From the NCBI GenBank assembly GCA_963749705.1, contig CAVVNQ010000003.1, positions 64,001 to 128,000 of the forward strand: a stretch of 64,000 bases of DNA, written 5' to 3'. The stretch is from an uncultured Chloroflexia bacterium. GTDB taxonomy: Bacteria > Chloroflexota > Limnocylindria > Limnocylindrales > CSP1-4. The notes beneath the pieces were generated by a model. The model ran no database searches, was not told where the DNA came from, and saw only the letters and a program-made list of their open reading frames with translations. Below, one piece after another: positions 28,671 to 39,169 of this stretch (position 1 is its first letter; every line of letters starts with the position of its first letter). Position numbers and translations under genes: made by a program.

Positions 28671-31271
28671 CTACGACAGCAGCTCGACGTACCCGTCGCT
28701 TCCGTGGACGCGGATCGGTTGGCCGTCCCGGATCAGTCGGGTGGCATTCACCACCCCCACGACGGCCGGCAACCCGTACTCCCGCGCGATCACCGCGCCG
28801 TGGGTCATCTGGCCGCCGACCTCCGTCACCAGCCCAGCGACCGAGATGAACAGGGGCGTCCAGCTCGGATCGGTGGACGTGGTGACCAGGATGTCGCCGG
28901 CTTCGAGGTCGGCGTCCGCCATGTCCAGGATGACGCGAGCCCGCCCCTCGACGGTCCCGGCGGAAACCGGCAGGCCGACGAGGGCACCGTCCGGCGCATC
29001 GTCGCGTGCGTAGGTTCCGGCGACGGACTCGCCGTCCGACGTGAGCACCCGCGGCGGGGTGAGCCCCTGGTGCGCCTTGAACTGGTCCCGGCGCTGGCGG
29101 ATCAGCTCGTGATCCACGTGGCCCGTACGGACCACGTCGTGGAGCTCCTCGAACCTGAGGTAGAAGATGTCCTCCCGGTCACCGAGCACGCGGGCCGCCA
29201 CCAGTCGCTCGGCTTCCTCCAGCAGCGCCAGCTTGTACACGAAGTAGCGGCTCACCATGCCGTACTTCGGATACTCCCGGTACCCGATGAATGTCCGGAC
29301 CCGATCGATCATGTGCTTCGTCTCGACGGCCTTCGCCGCCCCGTCCGGCAGGGCGCGCAGTCGTTCCAGCAGCTCCCGTTCCCTCTCCCGCGCCTCCTGC
29401 CGACCACGCTCGAAGCGCCGCTCGGCGGCGCCCGGCTCGAAGCTCCGGACGTTGCCCAGGATCAGGGGCAGCAGCATGGACGGGCGTTCGCTCCAGCGCG
29501 GCCTCGTGATGTCGATCTCGCCGACGCAGCGCATCCCATACGCGTCGAGCCAGGCCCGGATGGCGTCGCTCGCCTCCGACCCGCCCGCGAGCGCGGGCAG
29601 CTCGTCCAGGAAGCCCTCGTCCCGGGGATCGACGGCCCGCAGGAATGCCACCACGTCCGGGTGTGGGCGGATCGCGTCCGCGACATCGAGGAGCGCGAGC
29701 CCCATCTCCGAGGTGACGTTGTGGGGCACGGACTGCGTGAGCGTGTCGGCCGCGTTCCTCTCGCCCAGCCACGCCTTCAGGTGATCGTCGAGCCACCAGC
29801 TGGCCTCGATCGCCGACATGAACACCCGGTGGCCGAGCGGATCGAACAGGATCCGCCGCAGCTCCTCGAGGTCCGCCAGGATGAAGTCGAGCAGCGCCGC
29901 GCCGGACCTCGTCCGGATGTCGCGCTTGAGGGCGGCGATGGACGCCTCCGTGCGCCCGATCAGCCCTTCCACGATGGCCGGATCGGCGTCGATCGGGCTG
30001 CCTCCAGCGCCCGGTGGCACCCACGCGGGACCCTCGTCGGGGAGCGGCCGGACGAAGTCGCCACGAGCCAGGACGGTCTCGATGGCGGACCGCATCAGCG
30101 GATCCGACCTCGCCATCTGGTCGAGGAAGGCCGTGCGGCTGGCCGGCGCCGCGAGGATGCGGGTCACGTCCACGAACAGCCTGCCGCCGGCCTCGGCCAT
30201 CGGCCGACGGGTCGTCAGCTGCCACAGCGACAGCCCCAGCGGCTTCATGGCGTCGGTCATCATCTGCTGGTGACCGACGGACACGTAGACGTGGTTCTCC
30301 CGGTCGCCGGCGGCGGGGATGGGGAACAGGGTGGTGATCGGCCGGCTCTGGACGATCCGGACGTCGTCGTCCACCAGGCACCACTCGATGTCCTGGGGGC
30401 GGCCGAAGTGCGCCTCGATCCGCCGCCCCAGCTGCACGAGTCGCACCACCTGTCCGTCGGTCAGGGCGGGATCCTGCTGCCGCTCCGGCTCGATCGCCTG
30501 TCGCCGCGTGCCGCCGGTCGGCGAGGCCACCACGGCAACCTGCTTCCTCCCGATGTCCCGTTGGATGACCTCGGCGTCCCGCACCGAGTAGCTGTCCGCG
30601 TTCACCAGGCCGGAGACCAGGGCCTCGCCGAGCCCGAAGCTTGCCTCCACGCGGGCGACGCTCCGGTTGCCGGTCACGGGGTCGGCCGTGAACAGGATTC
30701 CGGCAACCTGCGGAAAGACCATCTGCTGCACGACCACGGCCATGCTGACCTTGCGGTGGTCGATCTCGCTGCGCACGCGATAGGTCACGGCCCGTTCGGT
30801 GAACAGCGACGCCCAGCAGCGCCTGACGTGGGCGAGGATGTCGGCCGGGCCTACGACGTTCAGGTACGTGTCCTGCTGCCCGGCGAACGATGCCGTCGGA
30901 AGGTCCTCGGCCGTCGCGCTGGACCGGACGGCGAACGCCGCCCCGTCGCCGTATCGCCGGATCTCGTCCGTGATCTCGGCCGCGAGATCGACGGGCATGG
31001 TGGCGTGCTCGAGGATCCCGCGGATCTGCGCGCTGAGTGCACGGATCGACGCCTCGTCACGCAGATGAACACGAGACAATCGCTCGAGTGGCTCCTCGAT
31101 CGACGTCGCGCCCGCCGTCACCTCGCTGAAGGCCGTCGTCGTGATGCAGAAGCCGGCCGGCACGCGGACGCCGTCGATCCGGGCGAGCTCGCCCAGCGAC
31201 GCGCCCTTGCCCCCGACGACCGCGGCCTGCGACGCCCCCGTCTCGTCGATCCCCAGTACGTACTGACGCAT
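28671..31271 (-). CDS. rph: Rifampin phosphotransferase (PEP-synthase-like, 866 aa)
   Basis: ATP-grasp N-terminus (VGGKGASLGEL, SSATAEDLP.ASFAGQQDTY), central YVSVGHQQMMTDAMKPLG and MRCVGEIDITRPRW, C-terminal swivel domain THGAVIAREYG. Confidence 0.9.
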   Translation of the reverse strand: MRQYVLGIDETGASQAAVVGGKGASLGELARIDGVRVPAGFCITTTAFSEVTAGATSIEEPLERLSRVHLRDEASIRALSAQIRGILEHATMPVDLAAEITDEIRRYGDGAAFAVRSSATAEDLPTASFAGQQDTYLNVVGPADILAHVRRCWASLFTERAVTYRVRSEIDHRKVSMAVVVQQMVFPQVAGILFTADPVTGNRSVARVEASFGLGEALVSGLVNADSYSVRDAEVIQRDIGRKQVAVVASPTGGTRRQAIEPERQQDPALTDGQVVRLVQLGRRIEAHFGRPQDIEWCLVDDDVRIVQSRPITTLFPIPAAGDRENHVYVSVGHQQMMTDAMKPLGLSLWQLTTRRPMAEAGGRLFVDVTRILAAPASRTAFLDQMARSDPLMRSAIETVLARGDFVRPLPDEGPAWVPPGAGGSPIDADPAIVEGLIGRTEASIAALKRDIRTRSGAALLDFILADLEELRRILFDPLGHRVFMSAIEASWWLDDHLKAWLGERNAADTLTQSVPHNVTSEMGLALLDVADAIRPHPDVVAFLRAVDPRDEGFLDELPALAGGSEASDAIRAWLDAYGMRCVGEIDITRPRWSERPSMLLPLILGNVRSFEPGAAERRFERGRQEARERERELLERLRALPDGAAKAVETKHMIDRVRTFIGYREYPKYGMVSRYFVYKLALLEEAERLVAARVLGDREDIFYLRFEELHDVVRTGHVDHELIRQRRDQFKAHQGLTPPRVLTSDGESVAGTYARDDAPDGALVGLPVSAGTVEGRARVILDMADADLEAGDILVTTSTDPSWTPLFISVAGLVTEVGGQMTHGAVIAREYGLPAVVGVVNATRLIRDGQPIRVHGSDGYVELLS

Positions 31272-31489
31272 CGGCTACTCCCCTTCAGCGACCGGGCGGG
31301 TGGAGTCACAACCGTGGACCGTCGACCGGCTGGCCGCGGACGGCTACGGGCTGGTCGTGGCATCGGTCAGCACGAGCACGTCTGGCGCACGGCGTACGTG
31401 CGCGGGCCGGAGCGATCATCGTCGCCCTGGCCCAGCGGATCGACTGATCCTCGCTTGTCGAAGCCGAAGGCAAGCGTATCCTGCGCCGG

Positions 31490-32740
31490 ATGAGTCGGAT
31501 TCGGACGCTCCTCGAGACCGCGCTCGCGCGCCTGGCCGGCATCGGCGCCGACAGCCGCGACGACAACGACACGCGCGACCGCAAGTCGCTCCTCGTGCTC
31601 GTCTCGGTGCTGATCCTCCCGGTGTCGCTGGTGTGGGCGACCCTCTACCTCGCGCTGGGAGCGGCGTCCGGCGTGCTCGCCTTCGCCTATTTCGCCATCT
31701 CGGTGGGCGCGATCGTGGTCTTCGCTCGAACGCGAGACTTCGCGCAGCTCCTGCGAGTCGAGCTCCTCGACATCCTGCTCGCGCCAAACGTGTCGATGAT
31801 CTTCCTCGGCGGCTTCGTCACCTCCACGGGGGTCGGCGTGTGGGGCATCCTGGCCCCGATGGGCGCCCTCGTGTTTGCCGGCGTACGAGCTGGCATCCGG
31901 TGGTACATCGCATTCCTCGCCGTGTTCCTCGCGTGCGGCGGCGCCGGCGAGGTCCTGGGCACCGTCTCGCCGCTGCCGGGATGGTTCACCACCCTCATGC
32001 TGGCACTCAACATCTCGGTCTGCGGGACGATCGTGTTCACGCTCCTCGCCCTGTTCGCGAAACAGCGGCAGAGCGCGCTGACGGCCCTGCAGCTCGCCCA
32101 GGACCGGGCCGAGAACCTGCTTCTCAACGTGCTCCCGCGGCCGATCGCCGAGAAGCTGAAGGCCGAGCCACAGACGATCGCCGACCAGTTCACCTCGGCG
32201 TCGATCCTGTTCGCCGACGTGGTCGACTTCACGCGACGCTCGGAGCAGCTGTCACCCGCCGAGGTCGTCGGCGTCCTCGACCAGCTGTTCAGCCATTTCG
32301 ACGCGCTGGCCGAGCGATACGGCGTCGAGAAGATCAAGACCATCGGCGACGCCTACATGGTCGCCGCAGGGGTCCCGTCACCCCGGCCGGATCACGCTCG
32401 CGCGCTGGCCAGCATGGCGCTCGACATGGTCGACGCCATGCGCACGCAGGGCGCGGTGGCGCACCTCGGCATGGAGCTCCGCGTGGGGATCAACTCCGGC
32501 CCCGTGGTGGCCGGCGTCATCGGCCGCAAGCGGTTCCTGTACGACCTGTGGGGCGATGCGGTCAACACCGCCAGCCGCATGGAATCGTCGGGAACTCCGG
32601 GCCGGATCCAGATCACCCGCGCGACCCATGACCTGGTCACGGACGAGTTCGTGTGCGAGGCGCGAGGCACGATCCCGGTCAAGGGCAAGGGCGAGATGGA
32701 GACCTGGTACCTGCTCGATCGACGGCCGGCCGCCCCATGA
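31490..32740 (+). CDS. Membrane class III adenylate cyclase
   Basis: About 6 TMs; ILFADVVDFT, KIKTIGDAYM, YDLWGDAVNTASRMES. Confidence 0.92.
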   Translation: MSRIRTLLETALARLAGIGADSRDDNDTRDRKSLLVLVSVLILPVSLVWATLYLALGAASGVLAFAYFAISVGAIVVFARTRDFAQLLRVELLDILLAPNVSMIFLGGFVTSTGVGVWGILAPMGALVFAGVRAGIRWYIAFLAVFLACGGAGEVLGTVSPLPGWFTTLMLALNISVCGTIVFTLLALFAKQRQSALTALQLAQDRAENLLLNVLPRPIAEKLKAEPQTIADQFTSASILFADVVDFTRRSEQLSPAEVVGVLDQLFSHFDALAERYGVEKIKTIGDAYMVAAGVPSPRPDHARALASMALDMVDAMRTQGAVAHLGMELRVGINSGPVVAGVIGRKRFLYDLWGDAVNTASRMESSGTPGRIQITRATHDLVTDEFVCEARGTIPVKGKGEMETWYLLDRRPAAP

Positions 32741-33126
32741 GCCGGGACGTCGAGGATCTCAACCGGCGCCTCCTGCGCGCCCGGGACGCGATGGACCGCG
32801 CCTACGCCGAGCCCCTGGACGTCCAGGCCGTGGCCTCGGTGGCATGCGTGTCGCCGGCGCATTTCATCCGCAGCTTCCATGCCGTGTTCGGCGAGACGCC
32901 GCACCGCTATCTGCAGCGGCGGCGGGTGGAGCGCTCGATGTTCCTGCTGCGCGAGACCGATCGCAGCGTGACCGACATCTGCCTCGACGTCGGGTTCACC
33001 AGCCTGGGGACGTTCAGCCGCACCTTCCGGGAGATCGTCGGCGAGACGCCGTCCGGCTATCGGGCCGGGCATGGGCCAATGGTCGCGCCCAACTGCTTCC
33101 AGCTGGCGGCGACGCGGCCCTGGTGA
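32737..33126 (+). CDS. AraC family (HTH-only) regulator
   Basis: RARDAMDRAYAEPLDV, FGETPHRYL, VGFTSLGTFSRTF. Confidence 0.92.
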   Translation: MSRDVEDLNRRLLRARDAMDRAYAEPLDVQAVASVACVSPAHFIRSFHAVFGETPHRYLQRRRVERSMFLLRETDRSVTDICLDVGFTSLGTFSRTFREIVGETPSGYRAGHGPMVAPNCFQLAATRPW

Positions 33127-33227
33127 TCCCCGGGGCACGGCAATTCGCGCAGTTCCGGAGAAGCCGCCCGCGGCCGGGCACCTCTAGGATTGGGTCCGTC
33201 CCATTCCCATCGCGGAGCGCACGACCG

Positions 33228-33659
33228 ATGATCACGATGCTGAACGTCACCGCCATGAAGGTCCTCGACCAGGACGAGGCCCTCGACTTCTACGTCAACA
33301 AGCTCGGGCTTGAGGTGGCCCAGGACTTCCAGCAGGGACCGGTCCGCTGGCTGACCGTGCGGGTCCCCGGTGACCCCAACACCGAGATCTACCTCGAGAA
33401 GCCGGCCCCGCCCGCGTATGACGAGGCGACCGCCGAAGAGGTCCGGCAGCTGATCGCCAAGGGCGCCATCGGCTGGGTCGCGTTCCGAACCGACGACTGC
33501 CGCGCGCTGTACGAGACCCTCAAGGAGCGCGGCGTCACCGACTTCACCCAGGAGCCCACGGACCACTTCTACGGGACCGACATGGGCGTGCGAGACCCGT
33601 TCGGCAACGGGATCCGGATCCTGCAGCCGGCGAAGGTGGCACACGAGGCGACGGCCTGA
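33228..33659 (+). CDS. VOC family protein
   Basis: VLDQDEALDFYVNKLG, RWLTV, RDPFGN. Confidence 0.92.
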   Translation: MITMLNVTAMKVLDQDEALDFYVNKLGLEVAQDFQQGPVRWLTVRVPGDPNTEIYLEKPAPPAYDEATAEEVRQLIAKGAIGWVAFRTDDCRALYETLKERGVTDFTQEPTDHFYGTDMGVRDPFGNGIRILQPAKVAHEATA

Positions 33660-33698
33660 CCGACTCCCGCAGGAGCTCGCCGATGACCGGGTCGATCC

Positions 33699-34343
33699 TC
33701 ACCCGCGGGCGAATGCCTCGAGGGCGTCAACGTCCGCCTGGCTGATCAGCGGGATCGCCTCGGTGACGCGCTCCGGCGGCCAATCCCACCACGCGATCCT
33801 GAGCAGCCGGTCGACGGTGGGCGGGTCGAACCGTTGGCGGATCAGGCGAGCCGGGTTGCCGCCCACGATGGCGTACGGTGGGACGTCCGAGGTCACGACC
33901 GACCGGGTCGCGACGATCGCACCGTCGCCGATGGTCACGCCCGGCATGATCAGGGCGTCGTAGCCGATCCAGACATCGTTGCCGACGACGGTGTCGCCGC
34001 GCGTGGGAAAGTCGAACTCTCCGGCCCATCGGCCCCGCCACGGCGCGAAGATCGGGAACGGGTAGGTCGACACACCCGACGTCCGGTGGTTGCCCCCGTT
34101 CATCACGAACTTGACGCCGGTCGCGATCGCGCAGTAGCGCCCGATCCGGAGGCGGTCGCCGGTGAACTCGAAGTGGTACAGGATGTTGGCCGTGAACGCG
34201 TCCGGCCCGGCGGGGTCGTCGTAGTAGGTGAACTCGCCGATCTCGACGTTCGCCGGCAGGCCCGGGAGGTTGCGGACGAACATCACGCTCGGCTGGTCCG
34301 GGATCGGGTGGAGCGCGGCGGGATCCGGAAACGGCGGCGTCAT
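33699..34343 (-). CDS. Vat/CatB-family (hexapeptide) O-acetyltransferase
   Basis: [47 protein letters not shown]. Confidence 0.9.
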   Translation of the reverse strand: MTPPFPDPAALHPIPDQPSVMFVRNLPGLPANVEIGEFTYYDDPAGPDAFTANILYHFEFTGDRLRIGRYCAIATGVKFVMNGGNHRTSGVSTYPFPIFAPWRGRWAGEFDFPTRGDTVVGNDVWIGYDALIMPGVTIGDGAIVATRSVVTSDVPPYAIVGGNPARLIRQRFDPPTVDRLLRIAWWDWPPERVTEAIPLISQADVDALEAFARG

Positions 34344-36130
34344 CGACGCTCCTCGCTGACGGGCAGAGGCAGCCAGGCACGCAGCCGCGTTCCATCCCCG
34401 GGCGGGCTGTCGATCTCGAGACGGCCGCCAACCGCCGACACCCGGTCCCCAAGCCCGACGAGACCCGTGCCGGCGCCGGCGGCGGCACCCCCAGGCCCGT
34501 CGTCCGCGACCTCGAGCTCAAGCCGGTTCCCGGTCACGGCAGCGCGTACTGTGGCGGTCGCCTGCGGGGCATGCTTGGCGATGTTTGCCAGCGCCTCCGA
34601 GACGAAGAAGTACGCCGCGGCCTCGATCTCGGCCGGCAGCCGCTCCGACGGCACCGCGGCCACCGTCACGGCGACCGGCGAGCCGCCAGCCAGCGACGGG
34701 ATGGCACCGGCCAGCCCCGATTCGGTCAGCACCGCGGGGTGGATCCCCTGGGCGAGCTCGCGCAGCTCCGTCAGCGCGTCGCGGACCATCGTCGAGGCTT
34801 CTTCGAGGCTGGAGGCAAGGTCCGGCGTGCCGTCGCCAAGCTGATTCCGGGTTCGTCGAAGGGCCAGCGACAGCGCGACCAGACGCTGCTGGGCGCCGTC
34901 GTGGAGGTCTCGCTCCAGCCGCCTCCGTTCCGTGTCCGCAACGCTCACGATCCGCGCCCGCGATGCCTGGACCTCGGCGAGCTGGGCCTCGACCGCTGCA
35001 TGCAGCTGCTCGTTCTCAACGGCCAGCCGGGTCGCCGCGACGACCGAGGCCACGAGGCCCGGGTCGTCGAGCAGGTGGGAGTCGTGGAGGATCGCGCCGA
35101 TCGTCCCCCGATCTCCTTCCAGGACCGACACGGCCCGGTCGGCCTGAACCGCCGGAATCGCCGTGCGCGTGCCGTCGGCTGCCAGGAACGCGGCGTCGTC
35201 CTCGGACCAGGACAGGAGCTCCAGGCTCGGGTCGCCGAGGGCATTTGCGAGGGCATCACGGAAGTGCTGGGGCTGCGGCGTGGAACCGAGCCGGATGACG
35301 AGATCGGCCACGGCGCCGCGGGCCATGCGCTCGCGCAGCAGTGCGACCAGGAAGCCCAGCGGCAGGCCGACCCACACGATGGGCAGCCAGCCGATCGGCT
35401 GTGCCTGCGTGTCGCCCAGGCGGACGAGCACGTCGGGCAGGACGGACAGCAACGAGAAGGCGCCCCCGGCGAGCACCGGGATGAGGGTCCGACGGAGGGG
35501 CCCGGACGCGCGCGCGATCCGCGCGAGCACCAGCGGCACCAGGATCAGTGTCAGCGCGATCCCGACCGCGGCGCTCGCGCTCGGCAGCTGGTCGGCAAGG
35601 TCGCCGGCCGCGGCAATCGCGAACGGGCTGGCAGGACATGGGCAGAGCGATGCCGGGTCGACCGTCACCAGCTGGAGCAGGGCGAGACCGGTCGAAATGG
35701 CGCCGATCGCGATCACCGCAATGCGGTGCAGTCCGGATCCGAGGCGTCCGGATGGGAACGCGAGCAGCAGCCACGCGAACAGGACCCGCGCCAGCGCCTG
35801 CGCCGCGAGCGACGCCGGGCCGACGAACGGGACCGGTGCGAACAGGAAGTCGCCGCCGAACCAGGCCAGGCCGATCCCCACCATCAGCGGCCCTGACCGG
35901 TTCGAGGGGCGCCGGGCCCACGCGATCAGGCCGGCGAGGACGAACGCGTAGCCCGACGCCGCGTCGGTCACGATCCCATCGGGCCCGACACCGGCATTGA
36001 GCAGCGCCAGCTCGGCGAGCCCGCCGAACAGGACCGCCGGCACCAGCAGCAGCAGCGGGACCCGGAGATCCGCGGATGGGGTCCCGGTGGCCGTCGTGGG
36101 GGACGCGGGTGGCGCGACGCCGCCGTTCAT
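34340..36130 (-). CDS. Membrane sensor histidine kinase (HisKA_3)
   Basis: TMs, [36 protein letters not shown]. Confidence 0.92.
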   Translation of the reverse strand: MNGGVAPPASPTTATGTPSADLRVPLLLLVPAVLFGGLAELALLNAGVGPDGIVTDAASGYAFVLAGLIAWARRPSNRSGPLMVGIGLAWFGGDFLFAPVPFVGPASLAAQALARVLFAWLLLAFPSGRLGSGLHRIAVIAIGAISTGLALLQLVTVDPASLCPCPASPFAIAAAGDLADQLPSASAAVGIALTLILVPLVLARIARASGPLRRTLIPVLAGGAFSLLSVLPDVLVRLGDTQAQPIGWLPIVWVGLPLGFLVALLRERMARGAVADLVIRLGSTPQPQHFRDALANALGDPSLELLSWSEDDAAFLAADGTRTAIPAVQADRAVSVLEGDRGTIGAILHDSHLLDDPGLVASVVAATRLAVENEQLHAAVEAQLAEVQASRARIVSVADTERRRLERDLHDGAQQRLVALSLALRRTRNQLGDGTPDLASSLEEASTMVRDALTELRELAQGIHPAVLTESGLAGAIPSLAGGSPVAVTVAAVPSERLPAEIEAAAYFFVSEALANIAKHAPQATATVRAAVTGNRLELEVADDGPGGAAAGAGTGLVGLGDRVSAVGGRLEIDSPPGDGTRLRAWLPLPVSEERR

Positions 36131-36240
36131 CGCGGCATGGTGGCACACGCCGACACGAGGCGGAACGCAGGCATCGATCCGCCGCCGCGCATGGCCGGGG
36201 GCTGGTCATCGCCGCGCCCACGTGCGACGATCTTGGCTCG

Positions 36241-36930
36241 ATGAGCGTTCCGGCGGCGCCCAGAGCGCCTCGCATCGTGATCGGCGACGACTCCCTGCTG
36301 GTGCGGGAGGGGACGGCGCGCCTGCTCACGGACGCTGGCTTCGAGATCGTGGGCCTGGCCGGGAACGCCGAGGCGCTGCTGGACGAGGTCGCCCGGACGC
36401 ACCCCGACGTCGCGATCGTGGACATCCGGATGCCGCCCGACTTCAGCGACGAGGGCCTCCGTGCGGCGGCGGCCATCCGGGAGCGCTGGGGTGACGAGGT
36501 GGGCATCCTGGTCCTCTCGCACCATGTCGAGGCCGCGTTCGCGTTGCGACTGCTTCGCGAGGGCCGGCGTGGCACGGGATACCTGCTCAAGGACCGGATG
36601 GCGGATCTCGAGGACTTCACGGACGCGATCCGGCGGGTCGCTCGCGGGGGTTCCGTGGTCGACCCCGCCGTCGTCTCCCGGCTGGTCGATCAGCCGCAGT
36701 CGCGGAGCCGTCTGGCGGAGCTCACGGACCGTGAACGGGAGGTGCTGGGATTGATGGCGGAGGGCCGGTCCAACCAGGCCATCGCCGACCGCCTGTTCGT
36801 GACCCCCAAGACGGTCGAGGCGCACATCGCGTCCATCTTCTCGAAGCTCGATCTGCTGCCGGCCCCGGACGACCATCGGCGCGTCCTCGCGGTGCTCGCG
36901 TTCCTCGGGATGGAGCCCGCGACGAGCTAG
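36241..36930 (+). CDS. NarL/LuxR family response regulator
   Basis: GDDS, DIRMPP, GYLLKDR, LTDREREVLGLMAEGRSN. Confidence 0.95.
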   Translation: MSVPAAPRAPRIVIGDDSLLVREGTARLLTDAGFEIVGLAGNAEALLDEVARTHPDVAIVDIRMPPDFSDEGLRAAAAIRERWGDEVGILVLSHHVEAAFALRLLREGRRGTGYLLKDRMADLEDFTDAIRRVARGGSVVDPAVVSRLVDQPQSRSRLAELTDREREVLGLMAEGRSNQAIADRLFVTPKTVEAHIASIFSKLDLLPAPDDHRRVLAVLAFLGMEPATS

Positions 36931-36979
36931 AGCGCTCCTCGGAGCTCGACGCGCCGAGGGCGGGGGGCGATCACGGACG

Positions 36980-37369
36980 TCAGCGGCTGCGGCCACCCGG
37001 TCCCTGTGTCCGCGGAACGACCGGCACGAGGGCCGAGATCGCGTCGGCGGACAGGTTGTCCTTGCGCACGAACCCTGCGGCCCGGCTCGAGGCGATCCGC
37101 CCGCCATAGGCCGACGCATCGCGACTGGATATCAGCACGACGCCCGGTGATGGTGTCGACGCGGCCAGGCGCTGCGCGACCTCGAAGCCGTCGATGTCCG
37201 GCAGGCCGATGTCGAGCAGCACGACGTCCGGGCGCAGCGCGACGGTCTCGTCCAGCGCGGACTGGCCATCCGACGCCTCGCCCACGACCCACAGCCCTTC
37301 GGCCTCGAGCAGTGCGCGCGCCTCGCGGCGAAAGTCGGCGTGGTCGTCCACGATGAGGAAGCTGGTCAT
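36980..37369 (-). CDS. Stand-alone receiver-domain response regulator
   Basis: LIVDDH, LLDIGLPDIDG, GFVRK. Confidence 0.88.
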   Translation of the reverse strand: MTSFLIVDDHADFRREARALLEAEGLWVVGEASDGQSALDETVALRPDVVLLDIGLPDIDGFEVAQRLAASTPSPGVVLISSRDASAYGGRIASSRAAGFVRKDNLSADAISALVPVVPRTQGPGGRSR

Positions 37370-37475
37370 GCGATGCGGGCCATGGGGCGGTCTCCTGGAA
37401 GTCATCCGCGCACAGCATGCGGTCTCCGCGCCCGGTTCGCATTGGGGTCATCCCGGAATCGGTGGCGGGCAGCCC

Positions 37476-39014
37476 CTATACGGCCTGGCGCCGCCGGTCG
37501 TGCAGCTGGTCGTGGATCTCCGCATGCGTCCGTCCATCGCGATGATGGCGGCTGTGGGGCGGACCACCCTGCCCGTATGCAAACGCGAGCTCGGGATCCT
37601 CGTCGTGGACGTGAGGCTCCTCCGGTGCCCAGGGGACACCGGATTCGAACAGCACCGCGAACACCTCCACGATCTCGGGATCGAACTGGATGCCCGCCTG
37701 GCGCCGCAGCTCCGCGATCGCCTCGTCATGGGTGATGGCCGTGCGGTACGGGCGCCCGGCGATCATCGCCTCGTAGGCGTCGACGACGGACACGATCCTC
37801 GCGCCCACCGGGATGTCGGCACCGGTGAGGCCCAGCGGATAGCCGCGCCCGTCGAACCACTCGTGGTGATGGAGCACGATCGTCGCCGCGTCCCGCAGCG
37901 CACCGGCCTGCTCGAGCACGACCTGGCCGATCTTGGGGTGCTCGGCGACGACCCGCCACTCCGCGGCTCCGAGGTCGGACGGCTTTGACAGGATCTCGTC
38001 CGGGATCGCGAGCTTGCCCAGGTCGTGGAGCAGGCTCGCCGTCCGGATCCTGTCCAGCTCGCCTTCGGGCAGCCCGATCGCGCGGGCAACCGACACCGAG
38101 GCCTCGGCGATCAGCCTGGACGGCTTGCCAGCCCAGCTGGCGCGCTCCGTGAGGGACGTGATCAGCGCGTCCCGCGCCGCCCCCATCGCCGCCCGGCCCA
38201 CATCGAGCGCCTGGCTCCGCGCGGCGGCGGTGATCGGCGCCCGACGGATCGTCCCTTCGTCACCGGTCTCGCGGAACACGAACACCTGGTCCCGGCCCAG
38301 CGCCTTGGCCGAGTACAGGGCGGCATCCGCGTCGCGGACCAGGGCATCGAGACGGAGCACCTGTCCCATGCCCCCGGCCACGCCGGCGGACATCGTGATC
38401 CGCGCCTGCTCGCTGTCGCCGATCCGGACCTCTGCGCCACCCACCGCGCGTCGCAGCTTCTCGGCCAGGGCGGCGGCCGCGTCCACGTCGGTCTCGGGCA
38501 GCAGGATCAGGAACTCCTCGCCACCGTAGCGTCCGGCGACGTCCACCGATCGCACGTTTGCCGCGAGCAGCTGGGCGACGTGGCGAAGCACCGCATCGCC
38601 GGCCGCGTGGCCGTGCGAATCGTTGAGGCGCTTGAAGTGGTCGAGATCGACCAGGATGACCGACAGGGGACGCTGGTACCGGACCGCGCGCGCGAGCTCC
38701 TCCTCGACACGCGACAGCACCGCCTGGCGATTGGCGATCCCCGTCAGCGGGTCGATGGTCGCCAGCCGCCACGTGTCGGCGACCCGGTCACCGAGCTGGC
38801 GGAACGCGGCGCGGAGTCGAGCGTCACGAATCCGGCTTGCATCGAGGGCGACGAGCGCGCCCTCGTCAGCGGCGCTGACCAATCGTTCCGCCAGGGAGGC
38901 GAGCCGGTGATTCTGGCGCCGGACGATGAGCAGGGAGAACCCCGCGGTGCCGGTGAGGGCGCCGATCAGGGCGATCACCACCAGCATGGCCACGATGGAC
39001 GTCAGGAAGTCCAA
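37476..39014 (-). CDS. Diguanylate cyclase / HD-GYP dual-domain protein
   Basis: N-terminal TM, DLDHFK.LND, RxxD then GGEEF, LHDLGK, HHEWFDGRGYP. Confidence 0.92.
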   Translation of the reverse strand: MDFLTSIVAMLVVIALIGALTGTAGFSLLIVRRQNHRLASLAERLVSAADEGALVALDASRIRDARLRAAFRQLGDRVADTWRLATIDPLTGIANRQAVLSRVEEELARAVRYQRPLSVILVDLDHFKRLNDSHGHAAGDAVLRHVAQLLAANVRSVDVAGRYGGEEFLILLPETDVDAAAALAEKLRRAVGGAEVRIGDSEQARITMSAGVAGGMGQVLRLDALVRDADAALYSAKALGRDQVFVFRETGDEGTIRRAPITAAARSQALDVGRAAMGAARDALITSLTERASWAGKPSRLIAEASVSVARAIGLPEGELDRIRTASLLHDLGKLAIPDEILSKPSDLGAAEWRVVAEHPKIGQVVLEQAGALRDAATIVLHHHEWFDGRGYPLGLTGADIPVGARIVSVVDAYEAMIAGRPYRTAITHDEAIAELRRQAGIQFDPEIVEVFAVLFESGVPWAPEEPHVHDEDPELAFAYGQGGPPHSRHHRDGRTHAEIHDQLHDRRRQAV

Positions 39015-39169
39015 GGAACCTCACGCGGCTACGTCTTGTGCAGGTCACGGCCGCACCTCCATGAGGCTACGTCCGGCGTGCGGAAGGTCCATGACGCGAT
39101 GGTCCCGATGCCGGCACCGCCGCGCCGAGTGGTTCCGGGGGGCAACGATCGGGTCATGGCCCGAACGTC

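Noticed and set aside
31450-31480. Rifamycin-associated element (RAE)
   Set aside because: CTTG...CAAG arms are present but spacing and core differ from CTTGCGGCAAG
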